The notes: generated from the sequence alone by a model not told the origin. 54,833 nucleotides of DNA from Octopus sinensis (GCF_006345805.1 NW_021835212.1:1-54833); one strand, 5' to 3'. Counted from the first letter of the stretch, positions 25,347 through 38,700 are shown. Made by a program: numbers and translations.

Positions 25347-25849
25347 GGTATTGCTTATGTTGTTGCTACTGTCAATTGTTTGTTTACTCACTGTTGCTGG
25401 AGTTATTATGAAACCTCGGATTAGTATGATTGAGCAAATATATAATCAAAGTCATTCCAAATGTGACAACCCTATCTTTTCGTATAGCTAAAACTATATT
25501 GTCCAATGTATCTTGCCTGCTTTAAACGATATATTGTGAATTGAGGAATATTTGGATTCTATTCCTAGAAAGTGAAAGGATCACATCAAACCAGCCCCGT
25601 TCATTTTTGTGATTGCTGAAGTTACCTGTCTTCTAGTTTTTGTTGTTGCTATTGCTGTTCTTTAGCCCCAACTCAACCCCGTTTGAGATGGTTTATGCTC
25701 AGTGGAGTTCTATCCATTATTATTTCATACTTTCCCCACCAGAAATCAGGTTTTATACCATTTTAGAAGAGAGTAGTGTATGGTTTGTTCTTTCAACTGT
25801 TATTACTGTCTTTGTCGATTCCTAAGCATGATATTAATATTCTTAATTA

Positions 25850-27130
25850 ATTCTTCCTTGGCGTATATTTCTAATTAATTCTTCCGTTGGCGCATATCTC
25901 TAATCCAATCCTGATCAAATTTCTCTGTAATTCAATTTCGAATACTGTCTGTAGTACTGTTTCTAGTTGCTTTTTCATCAGCACCTTATAACTTAAGATA
26001 TCCATAGTCATGAAAGAAAAACAAACGATTGAATGTCTTAATATTTGTGAGTTCAGCCCCGCTTTACATCTCGGTTAAAAATATCAGCCACAGACAGAAA
26101 CGGATTGGAGAGAATAAATCTCCTCGAAATATTTCTTTTCGAATGGGGATAAGGTTAGTTATAGCTTTCCTTCTTTATATTCGTATCAGTCGAATTGTTT
26201 ACCATTTAATTATAACATATTTCATGTATTTTATTATTGCTGAGGCTACCTTACCAATGTCTAGTGTTTCCGAGAGCCACTTGTGGAGACTACTGTTAAA
26301 AAAGCTTCTTAATGATCAGACCATGACCTGCTCAGACCCTCTTTTCTTGTTCTGCAGTCTTCATTTAGGGCTTTGCTGATAAATAAACAACTAATCTTTA
26401 CGGTCGTATGGGGCTTTCTAGCGCCATGCTCTTCTGGAGTCAAGATTTACAAACACTAGGATGGTGGATGGTAGAATCGAAAGGATGCCGGACAAAATAT
26501 TTTGGAATTTTATTCTTACCATTGTCGAGATGAGTTTTCCAGCTAACTGTTGATTTTTAATATTCGTACAAGTTCTCATATCTTTTGGAAGGAGAAGGGG
26601 AGGGACTTTTTGTTCATTAATCCACTCAGGTGTTTGTTTACTCTTTGTGAGTAAATTATCGCCATTAAGATTTTGTTGGCTGCAAGAAATAAAATCCGTA
26701 GTTTTTGATCTTTGCAATTAGTTTATTCCTGAGGTTAAAGATGGTTTTCCTCCTCAATTAGCTAATCAGGAATTGTCTAAAACTCCGTCAGTATCTCATC
26801 AAACTTCTTTAAGTCCCATGTGTCCCTTTGCATATTTTAACTAGAAGTTTGGTATGTTCTGGTGGCTTCCAGATGTTTTTCTGTAACTGAGCCAGTTGTT
26901 CTTTTGTTAAGTCTCAACCAACCTTTTTCAAGGGGAAGCCTTCGCTCTACTTACCCTGATTTTAGTACTGCTCTGGATTCTATTTTATTTTTAACAAGTT
27001 CTTGAGAAATAGATTGGGATTTGTTACTATTTTTCAGACCAATTATTTCTTTGTGATTTAATAAGAATCCCCAGATTCAGGCGTTCTTTGATTTCGATTA
27101 CTGCTTTTTGTTTTTGTTACCTTCAAAGGT
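25850..27130 (-). mobile_element. Highly degenerate R4/Dong-like non-LTR retrotransposon RT region
   Basis: Minus strand: NIWKPPEH, PEW..LLPK..RT, KALNEDCRTRKEGLS.SW.D..AF, IRKEIFRGDLFSPIRFCL (QGDSLSP motif), NRLFFFHD (YMDD region). Confidence 0.7.
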
Positions 27131-27564
27131 TGGAAAGGATCCTATATGGCTTCTAGCTCACATTATGGCTCCACCGATGCTGCAATGTACGGTAATGGCC
27201 ATACTCTGGTTACTGGTTTCGACTGTCCAACTAAATTAAGTGAGAGACGTCAAGGGATATGCATTAGGGTGGGAATGTCCACTCCTAAGTATACGAAACC
27301 TGGAACGGCATAGAATGTAGAAAAACCCAACAGATCAATGGAACTGAAAGCTTGACTGTGGAGTATGTGACATGCAAAGAGACTGGGTGACGACACAGAA
27401 AGCACTATCGGCTCGTCATCGTGAAAGGGATTGGAAATCATTATGTTTTATTCTAAAGAAATGCCAATGATGATCCATCCGTATAGAAGCAACCGGTAAT
27501 GGAATTGGAAATTGTTGGCAAACCGGTCCCCGGATACAAGAAATGGGCACTTGGCTGATGACAT

Positions 27565-27800
27565 TTCTGGAGTATTTGTCTCGTTCTGTCTTTTACTTGT
27601 TTCATGCTTTAGACTGTTGCCATTCCGGAGCATTGTTTTCAAGTGTTTAGTCAACCAAATCGATTCCAGTACTTATTTTAAAGTCTAGTACTTTTCCTAT
27701 CGGCCTCTCTTTGCTGACCCGCTCACCTACAGGGACATAAACAAACCAATATTAGTTGTCAAGAAGTGCGGGGCAGCTACGAAACGAACAAACACACAGA
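27565..27800 (-). mobile_element. SINE family A 3' fragment
   Basis: TTTTACTTGTTTCA..GACTGTTGCCATTCCGGAGCA...CTATCGGCCTCTCTTTGCTGA matches the reverse complement of family A. Confidence 0.7.
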
Positions 27801-27842
27801 CGTATGCATTCATACACACACGCACACACAACACATACACAC

Positions 27843-27876
<34 letters not shown>

Positions 27877-29034
27877 GAACGCTGATTTCAAAATCAGATG
27901 AAATACTAAGGTTCCATATAACGAACATAAAAAATCTCTTAAAAGCGGTGCTGCAGCATGACTGTATTCCAATGACCAATTCTTAGTCAAAGACCAATAA
28001 TTCAGGAATAATGTCATTAACGCAATTTACGTAACATTGGCTGAAAAGAATCGGAAAAAGATAACACAGATGGCAGGAAATGTATGGTAGACAGGTTAGA
28101 GATATCATTCGTTCAGTCAGTCATCGACACTTAGTAGCGCAACAAGACAAATAACTCACGGTTTTTACAGTAGAGACAACGGAAGTTTTAGTTGCTGATA
28201 TTATCGAAGCAGAAGAGAACTCATAACGATGTCAAACAATATGAGTTACATGCATTGATGCAATAACAAGGAGAGCAAAGCTCATTCGGCCGGAAGAAAA
28301 CCCAGCTATGGTTATTAAAGATCTTTTATTGAGAATGTATTCTTTGTTCTTCGTTTTGTTGCTTCAATAAACCGAAGCTTCCTCCTAAACGCCGATCATT
28401 CTTTTCCAGTTTTCTGCATCGTTGCCATTAAGAGTAGCGGCAGTAGTGGTAGTAGCCGCAGTAGCAGCAGTAGTCGTAGAGATAGTACTATTGCTCGTGT
28501 TGACTAAGTTCAAGCATGCATCGTTGTCGTCGTTTTCATTGCTTTGTCGGTATCGACGTTCTTGTTGTTGTTGTTGTTATCATCGTACATGTTGCATTTG
28601 TTGTTGTTATTATTACCGCCGTTATTTTTTGTTGTAATTATTGTTATTTTTGCTTTAGTTGTTTTTTTTTTCATAGTTGTTATTTTTGGCGCCATCATCT
28701 CGTCGTCGTTGTTATCGTCATCATCATCTCGTCGTTGTTGTTATTGGCAAAGAATGATGGATGAGCATATAATAGGAATGGTTTTTAAGTCCTTATTCCT
28801 TTTCCACCCATTTGGTTCCATGTCAAAATTTAACGCGATTCTTCATTTGTATATTAACTTCACACATTCTGTTTGTGTTGTTAATCTATCATAACATATA
28901 AAATAAAATAAAAAAATCATTTCTTATTTTTAACATCTCTCCTCTCTATTTCTGATAATTCATTTAAACATGCAAAACCTTTTTCCAAAATTAATTACAT
29001 TTATTCACTTCAATGACTTCAAATTCTTTTTTTA

Positions 29035-29213
29035 TTCTTTTATTTGTTTCGGTCATTTCACTACGGCCATGTTGGAGCACCGCTTTTAGTCGAAAAGATC
29101 GACCCCAGGATTTATTCTATCGGTCTCTTTTGCCGAACCGCTAAGTTACGGGGACGTAAACACACCAACACCGGTTGTCAAGCGATGGTGTAGGGACAAA
29201 CACAGACACATAA

Positions 29214-29265
<52 letters not shown>

Positions 29266-29625
29266 GACGGGCTTCTTTCAGTTTCCGTCTACAAAATCTA
29301 CTCACAAGGCTTTGGTCGGCCCGAGGCTATAATAGAAGACACTTGCCCAAGGTACTACGTAGTGGGACTGAATCTAGAACCATGTGTAATTCGAACTCAG
29401 CCGTAAAGGCGTACGAAATGCGGTTAAGCATTTTATCCGGCGTGCTAAAGATTCTCCCAACTCATTAAAATAATAAACACTTGTATTGTGCTAGTGTTGA
29501 TTCAATCACTAATCCTTTCTGGCATTTTTTGGAAGCTTCACGACTAGTACATGGCTCGTACACTATTTTATCGACCTCGAAAGATTGAAAAGCAAAATCG
29601 ACCTCGGTGGAATTTGAACTCAGAA
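29035..29625 (-). mobile_element. SINE family A (29035-29385, head-truncated) joined to family B fragments (29386-29465, 29550-29625)
   Basis: Family A body, followed by AATTCGAACTCAG..GAAATGCGGTTAAGCATTTT and TCGACCTCGGTGGAATTTGAACTCAGAAC. Confidence 0.8.
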
Positions 29626-29728
29626 CAGTACACACAATATCTTCATTCTACACAACATTACAATATTGGATACTGTGCGACGTCTTATAGTAATAATAAT
29701 AATAATGATGATGATGATGGTGATGATG

Positions 29729-29783
<55 letters not shown>

Positions 29784-30162
29784 ATTACGCTATGTTCGAA
29801 CTATCTTCTAATTTGACGAATCAGTATTTTCCTGCATTTTGACGGTTAAGATATTTTTTTACACACACACACACATATATATATATATATTTTTCTATTT
29901 ATTTTAAGTATGTCTGAGTAATATTCTTTAAATTGTATGTCACCTTATTGGCTTCTGATTTGCTCCATATCCTGAAGGAGAGATAGAACTGATTCAGTTT
30001 AATTCTCTAATACCTGATGAAGACTTTTAAAAGAGAATGAATCTAGCTAAATTTCGTTATTGTGGTAAATGCATTAACATTTCTTAGCGGCAAAAGAAAG
30101 AACGACAGTATAATAAATACAAAAGTAAATGCTTATTAAATAATAATAAGTACAGAAGTAAA

Positions 30163-30291
30163 TTACTTTCGAGGCAGTACTTCTTGATACACCAAACATT
30201 TCGGGTGTTTTCGTTACGCTAGCGCCTGCTATACAGGCACCGACAATTTGACCTCTTTGAAAGTCCGATAGATCTGTGATTTTAATGAATT
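30163..30291 (-). mobile_element. Fragment of the same Tc1 family as 33005-34180 (N-terminal transposase)
   Basis: About 90% identical to 33879-34010; encodes TDLSDFQRGQIVGACIAGASVTKTPEMFGVSRST. Confidence 0.9.
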
Positions 30292-30542
30292 CCGAAGAAG
30301 ATGCAAAAACAACCTTTCGTGATTTCATCACTTCTTGCTCTCAGAATTCCTCGCTGCTGGCATAAAGCAGCTACCGATAAAACGGTAAAATTGTGTTGAT
30401 AATTTAGGTGTAAATCTTTGATTAATTCCATTGCTTTTTGTTGAGAAAAAGTAAAATAATTTCCAGTTCAAAGTCAGACATTTCAGTTTGATGACCTGAC
30501 ATACATACATACATACATACATACATACATACATACATACAT

Positions 30543-30611
<69 letters not shown>

Positions 30612-30805
30612 TGAGAATTTATAAAAAAAACAAAAGACGAAGACGAGTGTGTAAACAACAAACAGATGTATTAGTTTAACGCTCGGGAAGTGAGAAGGTC
30701 TTTTACGTTTCAAGTCTACGCTCTTCGACAGAAAGGAACACAGAAATAAACAGAGAGAGAGAAAAATAAAAAAAGGTTTAGTGGTGGCTAGCGATCTATC
30801 ATGGC
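30612..30805 (-). mobile_element. Short repeat (Penelope pLTR/retrozyme-like) containing a hammerhead-like motif, copy 1
   Basis: Homologous to 52045-52250. Motif at 30735-30700: CUUU-CUGUCGA-A-GAGC-GUAG-ACUU-GAAAC-GUA-AAAG. Confidence 0.6.
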
Positions 30806-31102
30806 GGTCGTCAGTTTGTTTGAAGAAGAAAAATAGAACTAGTAAAATTTTTGGTCATGGTATCAAGTCAAAATGTAGCTAACAAAAGAAAAAAAAAAGG
30901 TTTAATGAATTTATATTATTAAAGTCATTTATTGTTGTCGGTATAACTGAATAAAGTTTTATAAAGTGTACATATCGCCCGCCACTCTTGTTAATGATAA
31001 GATAATTAGCCCCCAACGTGTATTCGGCTGAAAATAAGAACAGGTATAAGCGTTGCAAAGCATTTTGTTCGACGCTCTAACAATTCTGGCAGCTTGCTAT
31101 CT

Positions 31103-31335
31103 CAATATGTTGTTGTTGTTCGCTCCTTCTGGAGCCATGCCTGACTCATAAGGGCCCGTTTCCCGGTTTCAATGGCGTATAGGTTCCCCCACCTGGACGA
31201 GATGCAGGAGGAAAGAGTGAGAGAAAATTGTGGCGTAAGAGTCAGCAGAAGTTCGCAATTACCTTCTGCCATAGGCGCGTGGAGCTTAGGTGTTTCGCTC
31301 GTAAACACACACATCGCCCGATCTGAGACTCACGT
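31103..31335 (-). mobile_element. SINE family D, 5'-truncated, with (CAA)n tail
   Basis: Shares GAGCGAAA(A)CACCTAA(A)GCTCCACG...TTTCTCTCACTCTTTC with 35648-35890; ends GAAGGAGCGAACAACAACAA. Confidence 0.7.
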
Positions 31336-32029
31336 TTATTTTAAATCTACCATGTAATGGCGAAGTATTACTGCAAGAAAGAAATTAGCTTGACATGAAA
31401 GGGAAACGTTTTATTTTATTAACATGCAACATTAATCACTTTTTATTAACATGCAACATTAATCACATTAATCACTTCTCGACATCTTTTACTTCGCCCT
31501 TCACAGAAAAACTGGTATAGATTTAACCAGTTTCTATTTTTATTATATCCTTATCAGACAAAGGATATTTTTCGTTTATCCATACAAAGATTAGTAGTTG
31601 GTGGGTATTTATAGCGTTTGGATTTATTAAAAAAAATTAAACTATAATCTATTCCAAATCAATTAGCAACACCTTTAGAAAAATAGTTCCTCTCTTTCTT
31701 ATAGATTTCAAACAAACGTGAAGTCAATTAAACACCAATGATGTTATATTGATAAAATATTTTTTGTAAATATTTCTCGTTTATAACAAAGAAAAGAATT
31801 TGTTTCTAGACAAAAGAATCGTTTGTTGTGGTAAAATAATATACTTCCTATGAATTAGTTAGCACAGCATCGTTCGCTTGTTGTGCGTCGTTATTTAAAT
31901 TTTGTATACTGTTTGAAGGTGATCGATTGCCATATTTTCCCCTTTCGAGACAACAAACACACTCTAACACTAACACACACATATACACCCAAAAATACGA
32001 CTTTTCATTATGTATATATATGTATATAT

Positions 32030-32068
32030 ATATATACATATACACACACACACACACCTAATATATAT

Positions 32069-32102
<34 letters not shown>

Positions 32103-32130
32103 ATACACACATATATATACATATAAATAT

Positions 32131-32188
<58 letters not shown>

Positions 32189-32347
32189 TAAACATTACAT
32201 ATATACATATCAATGCACGGAAACATATATACGCATATCTATGTACGTGTGCGTACCTTTATGTATGTATAACTACGCACACATACATCCATATCTATAG
32301 CTATATATATGTATACGTATATCTCACACCACGCACATACACACCAC

Positions 32348-32396
<49 letters not shown>

Positions 32397-32819
32397 ATGT
32401 ATGTATGTATGTAATGTATGTATGTATGCATGTATGTATGTATGTATGTATGCATATATATAATATAATATAGTAAAATATAATATAATAAAATATAATG
32501 TATATATATTAAATATGATACAATCCAGTATGTAGATTTATTCAAATTTCTTGACAGACGAAATTCTGTTTCAAAGATCGATATTTGCAAGGAAAGTAAA
32601 TTTGTCTGCTTGATAAAAAGAATGCTGAAGACCACCCTAACACCTCAATAAAATCAAGAAGGTATATATGTAAGTAGATATGTATGTGTTTATATAAGTA
32701 TGTACATAAATATGAATATATATAGTGTATTTATATATATATAAACATGCACATTCATATATATATATATATATATATATACATTCATTATATTAAAGGC
32801 TATTACTACAAGTAAACGC

Positions 32820-32870
<51 letters not shown>

Positions 32871-32940
32871 CCCTAATATTTATTATATATATATATATAT
32901 ATATATACCTACATACATACATACACAATACATACATACA

Positions 32941-32974
<34 letters not shown>

Positions 32975-33004
32975 CATACATACATACATACATGCATACT
33001 TATA
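32030..33004. repeat. (TA)n/(TATG)n/(TACA)n microsatellite block containing a truncated MITE at 32523-32625
   Basis: Directly visible. 32523-32625 matches the left half of the 37648 MITE. Confidence 0.9.
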
Positions 33005-34180
33005 CAGGGGTTGGACGAAATAATGGATAACTGACAGCATGAATTCTATGAGGTATGGACTCGTACAAAGTTTGAATTGTTTCCAAAGGAATTTTTGGCC
33101 AGTCTTCAGCTAAAACAGCCTCCAGTTCTTGTAGTGATGATGGTGGAGGATATCGACTCCTTACTTGTTTATCTAAAATGCACCATAAATGTTCAATAAT
33201 ATTATGGTTTGGGGAATGTTCAACTTCAACTTCAAAGATGTTCAACTTCACTAGAATGTTCCTCGTGCCATAAAGTAGCAACTTTAGCTGTGTGAATTGG
33301 TGCATTATCATCCTGAAAGATTGCGCTTCTCTCCGGAAACAGTTCCGCAACGATAGGATGAATTTGATCAGATAAAATGCTTAAATAACCATTGGGCCGG
33401 TGGTTTTCCAAGATATAGCTCCCCAGATCATCACAGGTCTTCCTCCATATTCAACAGTTGGAAGAAGGCAGTCTGGTTCAAATGCTTCTTTTGACTGTCT
33501 CCATACGTATACTCGGCCGGTGGTCGGAAATAAGGTAAACGATGACTCGTCCGATAAAATAACATTCTTCCACTAGGGACCAATTCTGTAGGTTTTTACT
33601 CCAATTTGAATGCTTTGCAACGTTTTTTTTGAAAGTAATAGTTTTCTGATTGCAGCCCTCCCATGAAATCCGGCTCGTGTAACTCCCGGCGAACAGTTTT
33701 TGTGGAAACTGGGTTCTCGAGGTGGTCATTAAGCTCTGTAGTAATTTTGGGTGCTGTCCTTTTGTGATCCTCTCTAGCAATTCGTGTAAGAGTCCGACGG
33801 TCCCTATCTGAAAGTTTTGGTTTTCTTCCAGAGTTTTGTTTCGACGAGGAAGTTTTTCTCTCTTTCTCAAAGGCTGTCATTACTTTCGAGATAGTACTTC
33901 TTGATACACCAAACATTTCGGGTGTTTTTGTTACACTAGCGCCTGCTATACAAGTACCAACAATTTGACCTCTTTGAAAGTCCGATAGATCTGTGACTTT
34001 AATGAATTTTAATTAGCTTTTTCTGATGATATCTGAAAAGAAAGAGCAATTTTAGCAAAACATATGAAGCAACACTAATAATAAATCATAAAACATAAAA
34101 ATAAACAAGCTTTTGGCGGTTTTATTTCAAAAATATGATTCTATGATGCTAGGTGTCTCCATTATTTTGTCCAACCCCTG
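33005..34180 (-). mobile_element. Tc1-family transposon (1176 bp) with disrupted, partly deleted transposase
   Basis: TIRs CAGGGGTTGGAC(G/A)AAATAATGGA and TA TSDs. Peptides: DLSDFQRGQIVG, SGRKPKLSDRDRR, SDESSFTLF, DDNAPIHTAK, NIIEHLW. It carries frameshifts, and the C-terminus runs directly into the TIR. Confidence 0.95.
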
Positions 34181-34192
34181 TATATATATATA

Positions 34193-35511
34193 CGATGGTG
34201 AGTCAAAAAGTAATGCCAGTTTTTTTTAGGACAGGTATAATTACCTACACAGGAACATGTATCATACATCAAAAGGAAGCTGATCCTCTAGGATCATATC
34301 CCTACTTCTCAATATAGCTTCTCAGTAGCAATGTTCTACCTTCGAATGAGAAATGTATCCCTGCCATGTAAAATTTTGTTGACTGTTTTTTGAGCAACTT
34401 CTTCACTACAGTTTTCACTTCCTCGTCACTGAAATAATGTTTGCCTCTCAAAAGCTCTTTCATGGGGCCGATGAAATGATTGTCTAAAGGCGCTAAATCT
34501 GGTGAGTATGGAAGATGCGGTAAAGTTGTCCACCCGAATGAGGCGATTGTCTCCCTTGTCATGATGCTTGTGTGTGGTCGAGCATTGTCATGCAGAAAGA
34601 GAACATTGTCGATTGGCAAGTTGGGTCTTACTCGTCGGATTCTTGCTCTAAGCCTCGTCAGGGTCTCAATGTATGCCCCAGAGTTTATTGTTTTTCCTTT
34701 CGGCAAGAAATCGACCAGAATGACACCATGAGCCTCCCAAAAGACGGTCGCCATGATTTTTCCAGCTGACTTTGCGTCTTGAACTTTTTCGATGTTGATG
34801 ACGTAGACTGGCGCCATTCCACTGACTGCTTCTTTGATTGGTTCATAATGATGAACCCATGTTTCATCACCTGTTACGAACCTTCGAAAGGTTTTGTCTC
34901 TTTGACTTTGTTCGAGAAGTTCAGTGCAGGCATTGACTCTGTCAGTCTTGCGTTCGGTAGTCAATCCTCTCAGTACCCAACGGGCACACAATTTTGAAAA
35001 GCCAAGTGATTCGACAATGTTCTAAGCACTTCTATGGCTCACTTCAAGGTTTTCTGCTAACCCATCAAACTTATGCGCCTGTCTTCTCTGATCAGAGCAT
35101 CTGCTTTTGTTTTATTGGTAGGATTCACAGAACGGAAGGACGGCTAGAACGGGGTTGATTGGCTACACTCACAATTCCCACTTTTTCATCTTCCAGACGA
35201 CGGACCCACCTGCATACATTGCTATAATCTAAAGTATTGTCCTCAAAGACATTTTGTAATCGTCGGTGAATGTTCACAGGGATTTCCCCCTCAGCAACAA
35301 GAAATTAAATCACTGCTCTTTGTTTTTGAAGTAACTATAAGGAGGAGCCATTTTGAATTTTCTTTAGCAATCTAAAAATCTGAAAAGTAAGAAACAAAAT
35401 ATTTCAGAACGTAAATGATATGATCATTTATAACTGGGAAAATTTTCAGTTATTTTTATCAAAAACTTCACATGCAATAAAGAAAATGGCATTATTTTTG
35501 ACTCACCCTCG
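34193..35511 (-). mobile_element. Full-length mariner transposon (1319 bp, DD34D; irritans/vertumnana-like)
   Basis: TIRs CGA(T/G)GGTGAGTCAAAAA(G)TAATGCCA; TA at 34191-2 and 35512-3. Confidence 0.96.
34302..35351 (-). pseudogene. Disrupted mariner transposase
   Basis: ATG at 35351; RAVI*FLVAEGE, CARWV, VTGDETWVHHYEP, SAGKIMATVFW, FLHDNARPH, PYSPDLAPLD (34 spacing); stops and frameshifts. Confidence 0.92.
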
Positions 35512-35528
35512 TAGATATATATTATATA

Positions 35529-35591
<63 letters not shown>

Positions 35592-35647
35592 ATATGTGTA
35601 TATGTATATATATACATATATATATATATATATTACATATATATATG

Positions 35648-35890
35648 TAGAGGAGTCGTAATTGCCCAGTGGTTAGGGCAGCGGACTCGCGGTCGTGGGA
35701 TCGCGGTTTCGATTCCTTGACCGAGCGTTGCGAGTGTTTACTGAGCGAAAACACCTAAAGCTCCACGTGGCTACGGCAAGGGGGCGTGGCGAACCCTGCT
35801 GTACCCTTTCTCAACAACTTTCTCTCACTCTTTCTTCCTGTTTCTCTTGTGCCTGCATTTCAAAGAGCCGGCCTTGTCACACACTGCATT
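35648..35890 (+). mobile_element. SINE family D with tRNA-like head
   Basis: GCCCAGTGGTTAGGGCAGCGGAC A box and GGTTTCGATTCC B box; body shared with 31103-31335. Confidence 0.78.
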
Positions 35891-36329
35891 TCTTCAAACG
35901 TTTGTTAAACTATAACATGTGGGTATTTTATGTCCGCAGTCTTTATTTTTCGTAAATTTCCAGCAGATTTCCATATTTTTCTGTTGCATATACTACATGG
36001 TGTTTGAAATTATTAACAACACTGTAAGTTTAAATATAATTTTGTATGGAATTCTTTCCTTTTTCTTGAAATATTTTCTTGCTCCTTCCCTTTTTTTTTT
36101 TATCTTATAGCCCCGGTCGTCTGCAACTTTTGCCCCACCAACTATACTCTAAGAAATAAACAAATAAATATGAATAAATAAAAATTCCAATCAATTCATT
36201 AGAGAATCATCGTATCAAGTGCAATTTTGCTGAAGTTCTGGTTAATTTCTCAAGAGATTTTCATCTTGTTTAGCCTTCTAAGGATTCTTTGACAAATAAA
36301 TCTCTGTAAATGTCGTCCAGTAGAGAATG

Positions 36330-36356
36330 GCCATATATATATATATATATATATAT

Positions 36357-36396
<40 letters not shown>

Positions 36397-36794
36397 ATAT
36401 AATATATATATAATGAACTTAGCGAAAACAAAAATAACACATATTTTTTGTATTTCTATTGACTACACAAGTTATCAAACATAACGTTTAAACGATATCC
36501 CATCCTCAAACCCCTCCAAAACAAACAAACAAAGAAACCTCCAAAATGATTGATTGAATGGTCCATCGGAATACATAACTAAAGTGTCGTTGTCACCAAT
36601 ACGGCAATAATATAGAGATAAATTTAAAGCTATATATATTCAAATACGTATTAATCATTCAGATGAAAATGATAAAAAAATATAAATATATACGTACATA
36701 TACATATACATATATATGATATATCTATATATATATACATACATGTATATATATGTATATATATTATATATATATATCGTTACTATATATATAC

Positions 36795-36875
<81 letters not shown>

Positions 36876-36988
36876 CAAGAATATACAGAGAAAGAAAAAT
36901 ATTTGAAGAAAAGGAAACTCACGAAAATTTGATTGGACGGAAAGAAATAAGTAATTATAAAACTTCACTAAAATTGTGTATGAATATG

Positions 36989-37020
<32 letters not shown>

Positions 37021-37463
37021 TGTATGTATGTATGTATGTATGTATGTATGTATGTATGTATGTATGCATGTATGCATGTATGTATGTATGTATGTATGTG
37101 TGTATCTATCTATCTATCTGTCTATCTATCTAAATAAATAAATATATACAAGCATGAGTACATACATATATTTATACATGTATCGATATTTATATATATG
37201 TTTATATATATTCATAAACAGAAATACATATAATACATATATACACATATTTTGTATATATATTATATATATATATTATATATATATATATATAATGAAT
37301 ATGTATATATATATATATAATGTGTATGTATATGTACCTATGTGTATATGTGTATGTACATATGTATATGTGTAGTATGTGTATGTATGTATATCTATAT
37401 ACACACACACAATATATATGCTTATACATCATATATATATATAATATATATGATGCATGCACA

Positions 37464-37550
<87 letters not shown>

Positions 37551-37620
37551 TTATCTATCTATTTATCCATCTGTCTGTCTCCCTCCCTCCTCTCTCTATC
37601 TTAATTCAGGCACACATATA
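36330..37620. repeat. Microsatellite block (TA)n, (TATG)n, (TATC)n
   Basis: Directly visible. Confidence 0.95.
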
Positions 37621-37647
37621 CGTACATATATGACGTAATGTAATGTA

Positions 37648-37813
37648 ATCCAGTATGTAGATTTATTCAAAATTCCTTACAAAGGCAACTCTCTTTCAAA
37701 GGTGTGATCTTGCTTCTTGAAAGAAAGTAAATTTATGGGTTGTTTGATATAAAGAACAGTGAAAAAAGTCTCTTGTCTTTGTAAGAAATATTGAATAAAT
37801 CTGCATATTGGAT
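37648..37813. mobile_element. 166-bp MITE with TA TSD
   Basis: Imperfect 37-bp TIRs ATCCAGTATGTAGATTTATTCAAAATTCCTTACAAAG / CTTTGTAAGAAATATTGAATAAATCTGCATATTGGAT; TA on both sides; second truncated copy at 32523. Confidence 0.82.
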
Positions 37814-38044
37814 TATACTCCACTTGATATATTTTGTACTGAGCACTTAGATTGTATGTTATGAATCATTATCTCTCCTCCTTACTCTCTTTCTATGTAT
37901 ATAAACCGATTTTCAAAACTATAAAGTCAGAGCACTGTCTGCTTTTTTTTCCCGGTGAACTATACCACCCAAATTCATGAAACTCACCCCTAAATAGGAA
38001 ATAGAAGAGAAGGAGGCATTGCAATATTCAAATTTATTGGTATT

Positions 38045-38700
38045 CGAAAATAGATTAAATAATTAAAAAAATCTGAAGTTTTCATTGTTTTATGAATAGG
38101 AGCATTGTCGTGCTGAAATATGAAGTTCTCGTTTTGGAGCTTTGTTCCTTCTCTGTGAATGTGAACCCCGTCTAAAATATCGATGTATCGTGCATCCTTG
38201 AAACGGGTGTCCACGATGACAAGCTGTAGCTTTCTCATAGCAGATATTGCTACCCACACTATAAGGTCTCTTCCGCTGTTCTGCAACTTGAAATAACTAG
38301 AATTTTGTATACATTTATTGCCCAGTAATACTTACAAGCATTGGGATCATCCAAATTCCATTTTCCTTATCAGAGAACAGAACCCTGGTCTATTCACCAT
38401 CCCCCGTCTGATGCTGCCAAGAAAACTCCAATCTAACAGCTTTGTGGGAAGGGGAAAACAACGAATGCCCTAGCCTCTCCTTCAGGTGGAAATCATGGTT
38501 CAAAATCACTCTTCTTACGATGGATATCGAAGCTCCTACTCCTGGTGATAGCTTGATTTTGGAAACTGAAAGGTAGCGTGACATTTTCACAGCTCTGACA
38601 TTGGTCCTTTAATCCTTTTCTAATGTAGCCGTGGGACGTCCATTATCATCAACCCTGTTGTAGCTATCAGAATCTTTCAGAAAGTGTTTAGATACTAGGG
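38045..38700 (-). pseudogene. Tc3-like (Tc1/mariner superfamily) transposase fragment
   Basis: FLKDSDSY..GRPTA, SKIK..GVGASISIVRRVI, HKAVRLEF, VLFSD, LIVWVAIS, FIFQHDNAPIH. No TIRs recognised. Confidence 0.8.

Noticed and set aside
29960-30040. CCTGAAGGAGAG..hairpin and CCTGATGAAGAC as hammerhead cores
   Set aside because: No GAAA follows a closable stem II.
35648-35720. tRNA-like heads (also at 4634, 10417, 39022-39071) as tRNA genes
   Set aside because: They have A/B boxes but no complete cloverleaf, and they continue into SINE bodies or are truncated.
32533-37730. Two homologous AG...GTAAAT segments (at about 32533 and 37660) that look like duplicated exons (IYS.FLT...LFQR)
   Set aside because: The 37648-37813 copy has terminal inverted repeats and TA flanks, so it is a MITE; one copy also has an in-frame stop.
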